From contig CAJFCJ010000009.1 in the NCBI GenBank assembly GCA_904063045.1, positions 1,364,968-1,428,967 of the forward strand: a DNA stretch of 64,000 bases, written 5' to 3'. Under the pieces are notes generated by a model. It saw only the letters and a program-made list of their open reading frames with translations. It was not told the DNA's origin and searched no databases. The position numbers were made by a program, and so were the translations under genes. This document shows positions 52,819 through 64,000 of this stretch, piece by piece. The DNA is from Dimorphilus gyrociliatus. Taxonomy: Eukaryota > Animalia > Annelida. Position 1 is the first letter of the stretch; each line of letters begins with the position of its first letter.

Positions 52819-54988
52819 TCAATCGTCTTGTAAAACACTAAATGGATTTTTTGTGAGTTTCATTGCACATAAATTTTCTTCCCCATCTTGATTTTCAACT
52901 TCATCTTCTTCATCCTCATCTCCATCTTCATAGTCTCTTTCCGCATCTTCACTATTATCTTCATCATCTTCAGGTAGACTTAGCGTATTTCTTTTAGAAT
53001 GCTCTTCTTGTTGCTGATCTATAGATTGCGCTTCTGGATCATTTTCCCAAACAGATTTGTTAGCTGTATAATTTGGTGGTCTGAAAGCTAGGCATATTCG
53101 TCCTTCAACTGCTAGTCGTAATATATGATTAGCTGCTCTATAAACATCTCGCCTTGCTGCTTTTGCAGTTAAAAATCCCTTCTTAGCAGCCCAAGCTAAA
53201 AATTACATAGTATATTTAAAGAGTTAGATAGTTTTTATAGAAATTAATTTATAATAAATCTACCATCGCAAACGTCCCATGCACTCCATTCGTTACAATT
53301 TTCATCATCACTTGGATGTTTTAGTTTTAATATTTTGGTTAGGTCCAATCTCTCAGAGAGAAAACCGACGGAGCTGTACGGTTCACGAACTTGGGCTATA
53401 GGATAGATTCCTGACAGAATCTGAATAGGAGAAAATTGGTTAATATAATAAAAGATTTAAAGATTTAAGATAAAAGTAGCTTGAATAAAACCAACTTGTA
53501 ATGACTTATCTGTTAAAGAAGGGAAGACTAAGCCAGGACAATCGCATAGTTTAACAGTTTTTGTAAGATAAATGGTTTGAAAATGTTTTGTATGACCAGG
53601 AGTTTTTGAGACACTGACAACCTAAAATTTATTTTTAATTAGATATAGAGAAACAATACTAAATTATACAAAAAAAAAGACAAAACTCACCTTTTTTCCC
53701 ACTAAACCGTTCATTAGGGAAGATTTTCCAACGTTTGGATAACCGCAGCAACCGATAGTCAACATACCGCCTTTGAACCGCTCTCCAGTATCGATGATTT
53801 CCTCTTCTACACGAATTTCAGCAGCGTCCTCCTCTTCGTTGTCACTGCCTTCGTTGACAATTTGAATTTCAATACGTCTTTTCCACGACGACAAATCTAC
53901 CTTATCTTGAACAATTTCCTGGCATATTTGTAAAAGTTTAGACGCCCCAACACCAAATCCGCGTTTCTTTAGCTTTCTCTTCTTAAAGACAGCTGTTTTT
54001 TTTTGGAAAAATAATTATTATATAGTGAAGTTTGTAAATGTTGAAATAGAAGATTTTTTACATCGTTTTGAATCGATTTCTATCTCTTCTCGATCTTTTG
54101 GATATGAAGTGAAGCAAACAATTTTCAATTTCGGGAATTTTATTTGAAAATATCTTTTCCAAGCTATAACTAATGACGATTGAACTAAATCTATCTTGTT
54201 TAGAACAAGAATTACTTCTTTTTGTAAATCTTTTGTTATATGATCGTAGAGAGCAGGTGAAAAATGAAGAGCTGGATGACGTATATCTGTAATAATTAGT
54301 ATAATGTCTGACATAGCAAGAACTCTCCACAATTGTCGCCATGTCTCTAAATTTAGTTCTACAAAACTTAAGTTGTCAGATTTGTAAGTTTCGAAAAGTC
54401 GATCTAAATATTCCTGAAAATATTTCTCTTCTTGTCTTTCCACTATTTCTTTAGTCATTTTATAGTTCCAGGAAGGACGTTTCGGTAAATCTAAAGCTGA
54501 ACCAGGTTCAAATATCAAATTAACGTCAAGTTCTAAAGATTCCTCTGGAAGGACTTTGAACGGTATTCTTGCTTTTTTCTTACGATCTTCTATATCTTGG
54601 TCAGAGTCCTTAACAAAGTGTAGTCGATATCTATAATGAAATTTGAATATATCTTTGATAAATGGGTTCTTTGTATAACCTCACCGATTAGGGTCATAAT
54701 GTCCATTCTTATTTTTGCCAGGTTGTTGATTAATCTTTTTTACATTAACAGTTGTGTCAGCAACTTGTGGACACTTCTTCTGTGAGCTATGCGATCTTGA
54801 GCGTCTTCCAACGATTGGCATACCTTAAATAAGAGAATTTTGCTAATATCTTCAGTAGTCTTGCAATTACTAATGAACAAACCCTCCTCATCAACTTGGT
54901 CAAACCGACCTCTGTTTCTTTCACGTTTTTCTTGTAATTGTTTTTTCTTTTGCTTTGCACTAAAAGGTGTCTTACGATGACCAGGCAT
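52819..54988 (-). CDS. GNL1: Guanine nucleotide-binding protein-like 1 (circularly permuted GTPase)
   Basis: MPGHRKTPFSAKQKKKQLQEKR; LDLPKRPSWNY; ELNLETWRQLWRVL; DIRHP; G4 NKID; G1 GYPNVGKSS; VSKTPGHTKHFQT; DCPGL; acidic C-terminus. About 7 exons. Confidence 0.95.
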
Positions 54989-55834
54989 CTTTGCAGACAG
55001 TTCAAGTAAATTATTCTTATAAATTAAATAAGAGCATAAAATTATGAAATAGTGAAACTGTTTTTATGCAATACATGCTCCGCACGAATTTTTAAATGAG
55101 ACAGAGGGCCCTAGTCTACATCCGGACAAAATAATTAGACAGTTCTAAAACTATAATAAAGCAATTATAAAATCATTTTGCCTATTCAAAAATGAGTTTA
55201 TATACAAGAAAAATGTTAATCAAAGCAAAATATATTAAAATTCGAAGCTTTTATAAAGTTATATTAAAGAAGAATGAAGCATATTTTCGATCAAAAAGAA
55301 TGTCAATGGTACTATTATTTTAGGATTTATAATTTTAAACAATGTCCAGAGAAAATGAAGTAAAAAACTGTTAAATTTTAATTTTAGTCCATCTTGCATT
55401 TTCAACTTTTATAAGTTAGCTGTCTTTCTTTTTTATCAAAAAAGTTCAAATGTTTGACAGATATTTTAAATTTTATTCTTAATATTTTCATAAAAATGTT
55501 ACACATTTTTAAAGTAGATTTTTCTTAAGAAAATTAAATAAAAGATTCAATTAATTTTAACTTAATTTTAAAGGTTTGTAGAGGTTTTATTTTAATCAGT
55601 TTTATAAAGTAAATTTAAAGCAACACAATTGTTTAAAGTGGTATATTTAGCCTTATTTTTGTTTATTTATTAACTTGAATATGCGAATGGGGTAGATTAA
55701 TAGAATTTAGAACGTTATACACATCCATTTACGAAAATAACGTTCTGAATGTCTGGTCCCTGGTGTGAATCCATAATGTTTGGCCAGCAGGTGTCCGATA
55801 TCCTGGGTTAAGTATCATAAGCCTAATCAATAGA

Positions 55835-56899
55835 ATGACTTCTACAGATAAATGTAAGAATTGTAATTATTCATATTAACATGTTTTGTTAGCTTTTAAT
55901 CTAATAATGAAAATATGGTACTGGATTTGTATTATTTGATTATGATTCACACATAAAACTGCTTAATTCATTTTATCGCTCAATTTTTTCAGCAACGGAA
56001 AAGCATCTCCATATGATGTGGAGAGATAGTGCTTGGATACCAATGCTAAATCCCTCAAATATTTTGGAATATTTTGCAAACAGTCCTTTCTACGATCGAG
56101 AATGTAATAACGAAATAATAAAGATGCAGAGGCTAAATCCAGACCAACTTCTGAATATGACCGGAATAGAATATTTTTTGTTACACATTCAGGCACCCAT
56201 TCTTTACGTTATCCGAAAGGGTAATAGGCAGTCTTCATCTCACAGTAAGTCTTCCAATCTTTATAATTTATCAGTAAAACAAGTCTTTTATAGTTAATAC
56301 TATATGCGACTACTACATCATAAACGGTTCAGTGTATCAAGCTCCCGACTTGTGTTCAATAGTTAATTCAAGATTGGTAAGTTATCCTTTAAATTTAGTC
56401 TTCCTTAATCAAAATCCATATTATTCCATTACAGTTGAATTCAACGCACAGCTTGTTATCAGCATTTGAAGAAGGTATGTATACTTTTAATAGAAAATTG
56501 AAATATTGCAGAATATATTATTTTTGTTTTACAACCAGTAAAATCATATTCTCGTTATCATCCGTCTGTGGGATATTGGTGGCAATTTAAAAATGACACA
56601 AGCCAGTCATTAAAGAAAAAATTAGCTAAAAATAATGACCCAGTTGGATCTTTTTTTCAAAGACAAAAAGTAGACGCCTTACTGACTGAACACGCCAAAA
56701 AATTCCCTATTAAAGCTAGATCTCAGAATGAAAATATTCAAAATGATACAGCTCAGATTGACAAGAAAAGTCAAGGTTTGCGTAAAGCTGTTGTATTTGT
56801 TAACTTAATAATTTTTCAAACTTTTTAGATCATGGTAAACCGCAAACTAGTGATCCCTCAATGCCACCCCCTGGTAAGAAACCGAAAATAGCCCATTAA
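55835..56899 (+). CDS. MED6: Mediator subunit 6
   Basis: Exons 55835-55853, 55991-~56245, ~56294-56376, 56435-~56475, ~56539-56776, ~56830-56899. WRDSAWIPML, SPFYDRECNNEIIKMQR, MTGIEY, LYVIRK, DYYIINGSVYQAPDLCSIVNSRL, YHPSVGYWWQF. Confidence 0.95.
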
Positions 56900-57695
56900 T
56901 AAGCTACACCTTAGAATAGGCTATTTGAACAACTTAAACATCTCAAGTGTGAAAGTGAAAAAAAAGATTTTGTATTGTGACATTTGTTAATGTAAATTCA
57001 ATGGCTGTTTTTAAGTTTCTGTTGATTTTATTTATTTTATTCAAAACAAAACTTAAAATTTTAACTCAATCACATGCAATTTTATCTACACTATTTCATT
57101 GACGGTACATTACAGTACTAACAAAAAATTAAAAATAATAACTGTATTCGTAAATATATCTACCTGTCACCGCTGCAAGCATAAAACGATTATGTCGTGT
57201 CGCCAACTTAAGTTGGGGGCAGTAAAGCCCAACAGTGTAATAGATTCACACTGTGACTCATTAATTTATGAGTACTTACGTTTTGGAAATAAAATTATCT
57301 TGCATTCAAGTAGGTACATAAGTAAAGTCACTTACATTAGGGGAAAGTCATAACGAAAAATCCTGTAAACGAGTTTTCAATAGACAATAAATAGCGTCGC
57401 CTAGTCTTTCTGACTGGGGGCAGAACCCAACAATGCTTTAACACTGTGACGCTTTAAGTGTACCCACCTTATTCTGTTTAATAGCTTTTTACTACTTACT
57501 TCATTACATTGCAGCGGCAACGATAATAAGATATGCATATATTTATATATATATATATATGAATCTGTTTCAACAGAGTATATACATACATAAATATAGA
57601 CATTTTATATAAATATAAATGTGTATAAATATTAGTCAATGCATACATTTTTTATATATATATTTTTTAACGCAACTATCTACACAATTTTTTCT

Positions 57696-59550
57696 TTAAA
57701 AACCTCCAAGAGGTGGTCTCATCATACCTGGGGGAGGTGGCATTCCCATCATACCCATCATGGGTGGAGGAGCTGCTGGAACTGGTGGAGCAGAGATTGT
57801 TACAGCTCCTTTTGTTTTATAACGAGGCATACGAAACCGAAGTTCCTCCTGTAAAAATATTATTTAATAATATTTCAAAAATTTTTTTAGGTTTATTATT
57901 ATTTTACTTACAAGACTCAAGTCTTCTTCCGGATGAATGAGGATAACATTTAAGCCAGAACTCGATTCTGGTTTCTTAATAAGAGGGGCAGGAGAGGAAA
58001 TTATTCCTGGCTGAGACGTTGTATGTGTGCCGTAGGCAGGGAAAGTTGGCTTAGCTAGTATAGGAGGAGCCTGTTCAAAAAATATCTCTAATTTAAAAAT
58101 TGTCTTGTAAAGCAATCGATCGCTTAATTTCATTTTATAAGGGTAAGAAATTCTACATAGATTCTTGACTTCTTGGACCTACAATTTCCATCTTTTTAAA
58201 TCAAGCACACATTAATGCTTACCCAAAGTAACTCAATGTTATACATTAATTGCAAACTGTAGGTGATTCATTTGACGTTGAAAAAGAGCTGGCAAATTTG
58301 CATAATTATGTATGCATACAAATATACATGTATGTATGTAATACATTTATGAAGTTTACATTTTACAATAAAAAACTCACTGCGAACCTTTGCGCAAAAT
58401 AATTTTAATACTGGACGTCTAGAAGGAACGTTCAACGATCAAAAATGTCGTAAGAAAAGAGATACCTACCGCATTAGCGGCTGGAAATAACGGTTTTGGA
58501 GGTGCACTTATTACACCATTTGTCTGACTTTGCACCGGTGCTGACATAGGTGGAGGCCTTGGCAACATTCCTGCCATTGGGACTGGACCCAAGCTGCGAA
58601 ATAATAAGTTATTTAAATACTTAATCAATACTCAACCATAACTTTATCGTAACTTACGATGGCATTGGACCCATCGGAGGTCGTGGAAAACCCATTGGAG
58701 GCATACCCATTGGTGGCGGTGCTGCTGCTGCTGCGCCTAACAATGGTGGTGGAATTCCAGGCGGAACAGCTTGTGGTGCAATTGGTGGTGTTACTGTCGG
58801 AGGCCGAGTGGTCGGAACTGCCTGCGTTTCAGACCCTTAAAATAAAAATATAAAAATTAGTAACAGTTTAAAGGCATTGGTCAGAAAACAAAAAAGTATT
58901 ATATCAGAGTCGGATTGAAAGTTTTCATTCCTTAGTCAAAGTGAGCTGAGAAAGTTCATCATGATATATAGCAAACAACTATGATCGAGTTATACATACC
59001 CAACTTATTTCGTTCATGGGCTATCAGGTCACCTTCTGGAATACCTTCCATGCCGTAAATTTCTAATTCAGTATCTGATCTGCCTGGTAGTGAATTGGGT
59101 ACCTTGTCTATTTTTTCTTTATGGACCTGCATACAGTGAATTGATAGACCCGGTGCCGTAAAGAGTCGTTTGTGGCAAATATGGCATTTAAAATGCTTAG
59201 CTTTCTGATGCTGAACAAGAATTTTTTCATCTTCGAATTCTCTATTACAATACCTTAATATATGTTAAGGAAAATACATTATAGAATACCACGTCAATTC
59301 ACGTGGTCCTGCTTTCTTTCATATAAACGATCTTTTTGATACTTTTTTATCAAATATCTTTAACAAAGTCTTATCTAAGTTTATTAATTTACTTTTCTGC
59401 TAGAGAAAGCAAGAAAATCTTCATAAATTTCCTAGAGGAACATGCTAATTTTGCTACATTACATCAGCTAATTTCTAGTCACAAAAATGACTGTTTTTAA
59501 AAAGGATACCAGCACCAGGGTTTCAATTGCTTCTTCCTTTTTCTACCCAT
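57696..59550 (-). CDS. ZNF207: BUB3-interacting GLEBS-motif zinc-finger protein (BuGZ)
   Basis: [14 protein letters not shown]|[41 protein letters not shown], Pro-rich low-complexity middle, [19 protein letters not shown]. Confidence 0.95.
59254..59509 (-). other. ZNF207: U12-type (minor spliceosome) GT-AG intron 1 of ZNF207
   Basis: 5' site |GTATCCTTTT (59509-59500), branch site TTTCCTTAAC (59273-59264) about 11 nt before the AG, and no polypyrimidine tract. Splits the W codon in phase 2. Confidence 0.92.
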
Positions 59551-60118
59551 TTTTTTTTCAAATTAGGAGGCCACCGTCCGTTTCAGCTTATACGAGAAAC
59601 CCAAAGAATTCTTGAGAAGAAATGTCGCGTTGGAAAGTAAAATATGGCGGCGCCAAATCGACTGTCGTATCGACAAATCAGAATCGAAATGAATCGAAAG
59701 ATCGATTTTTTTTATTTTTCATTTTGTTTAAAAACTATAGTTCATAAATTAAGAAATTATCACTAATTTACCTGAAATAGCGATATAAAGTAATCTATTT
59801 TTAAAATAATAGACCGGTAAACCGGTTAGTGAATGACCGGTTTTTGTTTTTAAACTTTTTGCACTGTTATCAGTAAGCGCGAAAGAAACAGGAGCTGGCT
59901 TCGAACTATGGCAAATGACATTTGTTTTTTCTCATGGCACATTAAACAAAATATATTTCACGCCCGGAATTTATCCCACTTTTCGCCGAAAAATGATTAA
60001 GACATATTAATCATCCTAAATATTTATTACTCAGTACTTTAGTAAAACAATAAATGTGTATATTATACATATGTAACAAAATTTAAAAAATTCTTCTTAA
60101 AATATGAAAAGTTTTCTT

Positions 60119-62397
60119 TCATTCAAGCCAAACAGCAATAATAAAAGGAGTAAAAAGTATTAAAAAGTTTGCAAAAGTTAAAGCTGACGATCTATTAAGA
60201 ACATATACCACTTCTGCTTTTTTGAAGGGGTTCGATCCAGTATCAAATTTTTGAGGACAACTATCAACTGTTAAAAGAGAAGAAGTAATAATATAGAGGA
60301 TTTTAAAAATGTATTTAAAAGCAACTTACAAATTCTTTCATTTTCTTTCAATGTTAAAGCTAATGTGGCTCCTTCATCAGCATTATTAGAATATGCATTT
60401 TGATTAACACCACACTCTGATCTTGTTGCTCTTGACATTACAATATCTCTCCAATCCAATCTTTCATATACCCAACATCGAAATTTTGAAATAGCATCTT
60501 CTTCATCGTAAGTTATCAAATAAGACTTCATATCCTCCATCCAAAACCCAACGCAACTTAATTCTCTGTCTGGTATGTCATATTCTCCAATTGGCTTACC
60601 GGTATGATCAACTGTGGCGCAGTATTCGGCATCAATAAGTATCTTTTTGGCATTACCGGAGCAAACTTTAAATTCTGTAACATATTCTCTGCAATCAATG
60701 CGATGTCTTGGTCTTTCGGTTATTCCTCGAACTCTGGTTGTGTAGTGCTCTTCAATTGAACCAGACTGCTTAAACTGATATCTCCCGGCAATTGGGCAAT
60801 TAATAGGTGAAGGTGGATTTAATACAAATGTGTTATATTTCCAATTGAAATCCTCTCTGTTAATAGTAAAACTGGTCCAGGTGCAGGTTTGTCTAAATTT
60901 TCGGAAGAGATAATCTGATCTGTCCATTTCAGCCGAAGAGAGTCTATAGGGTTTACTCAATCTCCATCTAATAATATTATGATGTCTTGGAACAAAATCA
61001 AAGCAAACATAGTCAACTTCACACTTTCCAACTGTCGTTGCAGTCATCAAATAGCGGGAATCAAGGGACATTTGACATGTAAAGTAGGTCTCCTTGTAAG
61101 AATATTGATCGAGTTTTGTATTGAAATATATATGGGTGGAATTTATGACGACATGAGTATCAAATTCACCAGTTGTGAACCAAGTACCAGTAAAATCTCT
61201 TGGTAAATTGCAAAGAGGTAAAATTTGCTTGCTTACAAAAGGAACGGGAATTAAAACAAGACGAATATCTCCATCGTAAGGACTAAGCAACGTACTACAG
61301 CCAGCCCAACGGGATAGTGACCATCTTACTTTGTTGTTTTTATTTTGTTCATCTTTTCTAGTTAATAAACATCGGTACCTATCTCTCGGAGTTTCAAACT
61401 TGGTATCTGCTACAGCACTAAATATATCACCGTCAGGAGTTTGCCAAGATCCCAAACATTGAAATCTTGTTCTTTCGTTTACCGAAGTAGATACATCATT
61501 GCATTTGGCAAAATTCATGATAAATACTTCATTATCTATGTACTGAGAACCTGGCTCTTGACAGGCTGTAATCTGACTTCTCGGTGAGTTACAGATACCA
61601 CCACCACCGAGACTTATTTCGTAGGTAAAATGATATGATCCTTCAATTGTAACTTTGCAATTAATTTTTTCTTCAGTCATCTTGAACAATGTTAGCAATT
61701 TAGAATCTGGAGAGATGTCTTTGCAAACGTCATTCAATGTTTTAATCTCAAATTTTTGCAGATCTATGCTGGTCTCTGTAAAAACGAAATTGATAAGAAT
61801 TTGTTAATCATGCGAAATTTATTTAAACTTATTACGTTTAAATTCCAAAACCATTCTTGTTCTAAAATACAATTCCCAACAAAAGTATGTAGTTTTCGCT
61901 CTGTTGTTATATGAATAATTAGAAAAGTTGACTAATAAATGAATATTATACAAACGCATCGTAGAAGAGAATTCGAGCATCCGAACGATTTTGAAAGCTG
62001 GTGTGATTTAGAAATGCAAATTCGACACATTTACTATTTTGATCATAATCGGTGTTCTCCTTTACTACTAAACCGTCAGCACTAAAGATTGCAGTAATAT
62101 CTGTACCCCTCTCGTGGGTAAAATATTCTCCTAGGAAATGCCTTGGCACCTTACATTTCTTAAGAGTTTGGCTGTTAACTGTAAAGAAAAGTCAAAAAAA
62201 AAATTATTATAAATTTTCGCTCAGGTGTGTTTGTAAAGTTGAATGATTTATAGTAATGTACAGCAATCATCTTATAATAAGATGACAGATTTGAAGTTCC
62301 TTATCTAAAATTATATGAATATTGACTACTTACCTAAAATAAAGGTGATAAGGAAGATAAAAGTAAGATAAAGCGGCCGAAAATATGATGCCGCCAT
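60119..62397 (-). CDS. Uncharacterised secreted, probably GPI-anchored Cys-rich protein with repeated beta-rich domains
   Basis: Signal exon 62397-62334 (MAASYFRPLYLTFIFLITFIL), exons near 62180-61950, 61900-61835, ~61775-60329 and a last exon ending 60119 with hydrophobic tail (SSALTFANFLILFTPFIIAVWLE*). Repeats of type C.lP..f.G.wf / C.G.W...d...y / FRCWVY; resembles APCDD1-like/DUF7042-type invertebrate proteins from memory. Confidence 0.75.
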
Positions 62398-63255
62398 TTT
62401 AAGATAAGGACAGGTATGCAATAGATGGCGTTGTACGCAAATGGGACAATATTACAAATAACAGTCACCTTTAACATGACTTGCTTGATAAATATTTAAA
62501 TTATCTCCATAGCCTAAATAAAAATCGAAAACAAATAACAGAAAAAATTTATTTTTTTTCAATATAAGTAAAGTTATATCAGCCAAAGGCGCGTTTTTTT
62601 TTAGAACATTTACATTTTCCAGGCCTATATAAGAATATTTTCGAACATGCAAACTTTCTATATATAATCAAGACATTTAAAAAAATTAACGATTTACTAA
62701 TTAACTCAAACATGTTTATTACAATATTAAACAGGTTATTCAGTATGTTTTAAGTTAGTTCTCGAATCTAATGAATAAACATGAGAGAATGTCGAGTGAA
62801 AATACTCAACATAGATGACATGGTTAAGTAAATTCAAATTTAGAACGAAAATGGCCAGACCCGGCGAAGCTGAAATAATTTTTCTCTCCAAAGGCGTTAA
62901 TTCTTTTCCAAAAAGGAAACACTCATTTTTTAAAGTTGTTAGCAATAAAAAGAAGTCATCTCTACCCGATAAGGAACAAAATCAAATGATGGAAAAGGCA
63001 AATTTCTTCTATTCATAAGAGAAAAACTCTAATATTTCATAATAATTCTTATGTTTTTGCCTATAAATTTGCTAGAATTTTATTTAAGCTTAACTTTTCA
63101 CAACTTATATTGTTCTGGTTTTTATTTTTGATATTTTTTATTAGTTTAACATTGTGAAAGGTCAAACTGTATATTTTTTGTTTTGTTTTGTCACCTGAAT
63201 ACTTTTTTTGAAATATTTTTTTAATGGCTTGTTATTTTCATAGGGAGGCGAGAAT

Positions 63256-64000
63256 ATGAATTACAGTAACGGTGAACATTCAAAATTAATTCCAACTCAA
63301 TCTTCTAAATATAATATGAAGTGGAATTCAATTAAACAGTATTTCAAGAGGAAAATTGGTTCGAAAACATCGAAAAAAGAGCTATGTGTTGAGGAGTTGA
63401 AACACCTTTTTACAGCAGCAAATCAGGAGAAACAACTTATTAATGTAGAAGAAATGAAGAACGCGAAAAAAGGGGGTGATTTTGTACCTTTGGGTGAAGA
63501 AGATTTAACCCAGTTAAGTCCCGATGAAAGAGAACGTAAGGAAATCATTACAGTAACCGATAAGTCAACGCAACCATTAACTCCTGAAGGGAAAGCAATC
63601 GAAAAAATTGCTTCGGAGGAAGCGAATATGTCAACTTCTGTGACTCTAGGGAAAGATTGTCTTCAGACGTCTAATAATGACAGGACTATCCATGACGAAT
63701 CACTAACGGCTTCTCAAACCCCTGAAGGAACATTTGCCAAGCAGTTGACTACCGAAATGGCCAACGAGATTTCTACTCCGACGCAAAATTTTGAAGGAAA
63801 ATCAAATGCAGGAAGATTCACCAACCCCAGTTACAGGCAAGCAACAACTCATGGAGCTTCGAATTTACTAGAATATGATGATAAAACTAGCTTAGTATCG
63901 AATAAGAGTAAATTCTTTGATAGAGGAGACGCCGATACTAAAAAAGAGGAAAGTGCAAAAGGAAAATCTTCAATGTCCAGGAGAAGACAGTCAAAATTTG
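63256..64000 (+). CDS. Partial ORF, low-complexity S/T/E/K-rich protein; runs off window
   Basis: Open from acceptor ttttcatag at 63243 and ATG 63256 to the window end (about 248 codons, no stop). No recognisable domain. Confidence 0.7.
   Translation, partial: MNYSNGEHSKLIPTQSSKYNMKWNSIKQYFKRKIGSKTSKKELCVEELKHLFTAANQEKQLINVEEMKNAKKGGDFVPLGEEDLTQLSPDERERKEIITVTDKSTQPLTPEGKAIEKIASEEANMSTSVTLGKDCLQTSNNDRTIHDESLTASQTPEGTFAKQLTTEMANEISTPTQNFEGKSNAGRFTNPSYRQATTHGASNLLEYDDKTSLVSNKSKFFDRGDADTKKEESAKGKSSMSRRRQSKF

Noticed and set aside
55700-55800. Minus-strand exon-like frame DIGHLLAKHYGFTPGTRHSERYFRKW, or a possible snoRNA
   Set aside because: No upstream coding exon or recognisable family; no C/D or H/ACA boxes seen.
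56377-56434. MED6 intron containing TATCCTTT and TTCCTTAAT (U12-like words)
   Set aside because: The 5' site is a normal GTAAGT and the branch-like word is about 25 nt from the AG; not a U12 intron, at most a relic.

Overview
AT-rich, very gene-dense eukaryotic DNA with mostly 45-80 nt GT-AG introns. Innexins, galaxin-like proteins and the gene set point to an invertebrate, probably a spiralian; a miniaturised annelid such as Dimorphilus would fit, but that is inference. I hand-assembled about 25 protein-coding genes. In order: LAMP-like (partial), group II PAK, CREBZF, an unknown coiled-coil protein, PARP1, CDC25, a secreted EGF/TSP1 protein, YIF1, SNAP-25, CCDC125, two tandem CARD-only genes (one missed entirely by the ORF track), CABCOCO1-like, two innexins, ALDH5A1, two galaxin-like genes, PNPO, ALAD, GNL1, MED6, ZNF207/BuGZ, a probably GPI-anchored Cys-rich protein, and an ORF running off the end. 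I recognised no rRNA, tRNA, CRISPR array or transposon. The best lead is a tandemly duplicated, same-phase exon in the PARP1 Zn3 domain. One copy keeps the activation-critical Trp (W318-equivalent) and the other has Phe, suggesting mutually exclusive splicing of PARP1's allosteric loop. Other leads are the hidden CARD-only pair, a U12 minor intron in ZNF207, an internal promoter in CDC25, alternative N-termini of PNPO, and a palindromic bidirectional poly(A) signal shared by ALAD and GNL1. Gene names come from remembered motifs, not database searches; splice models are manual and untested.
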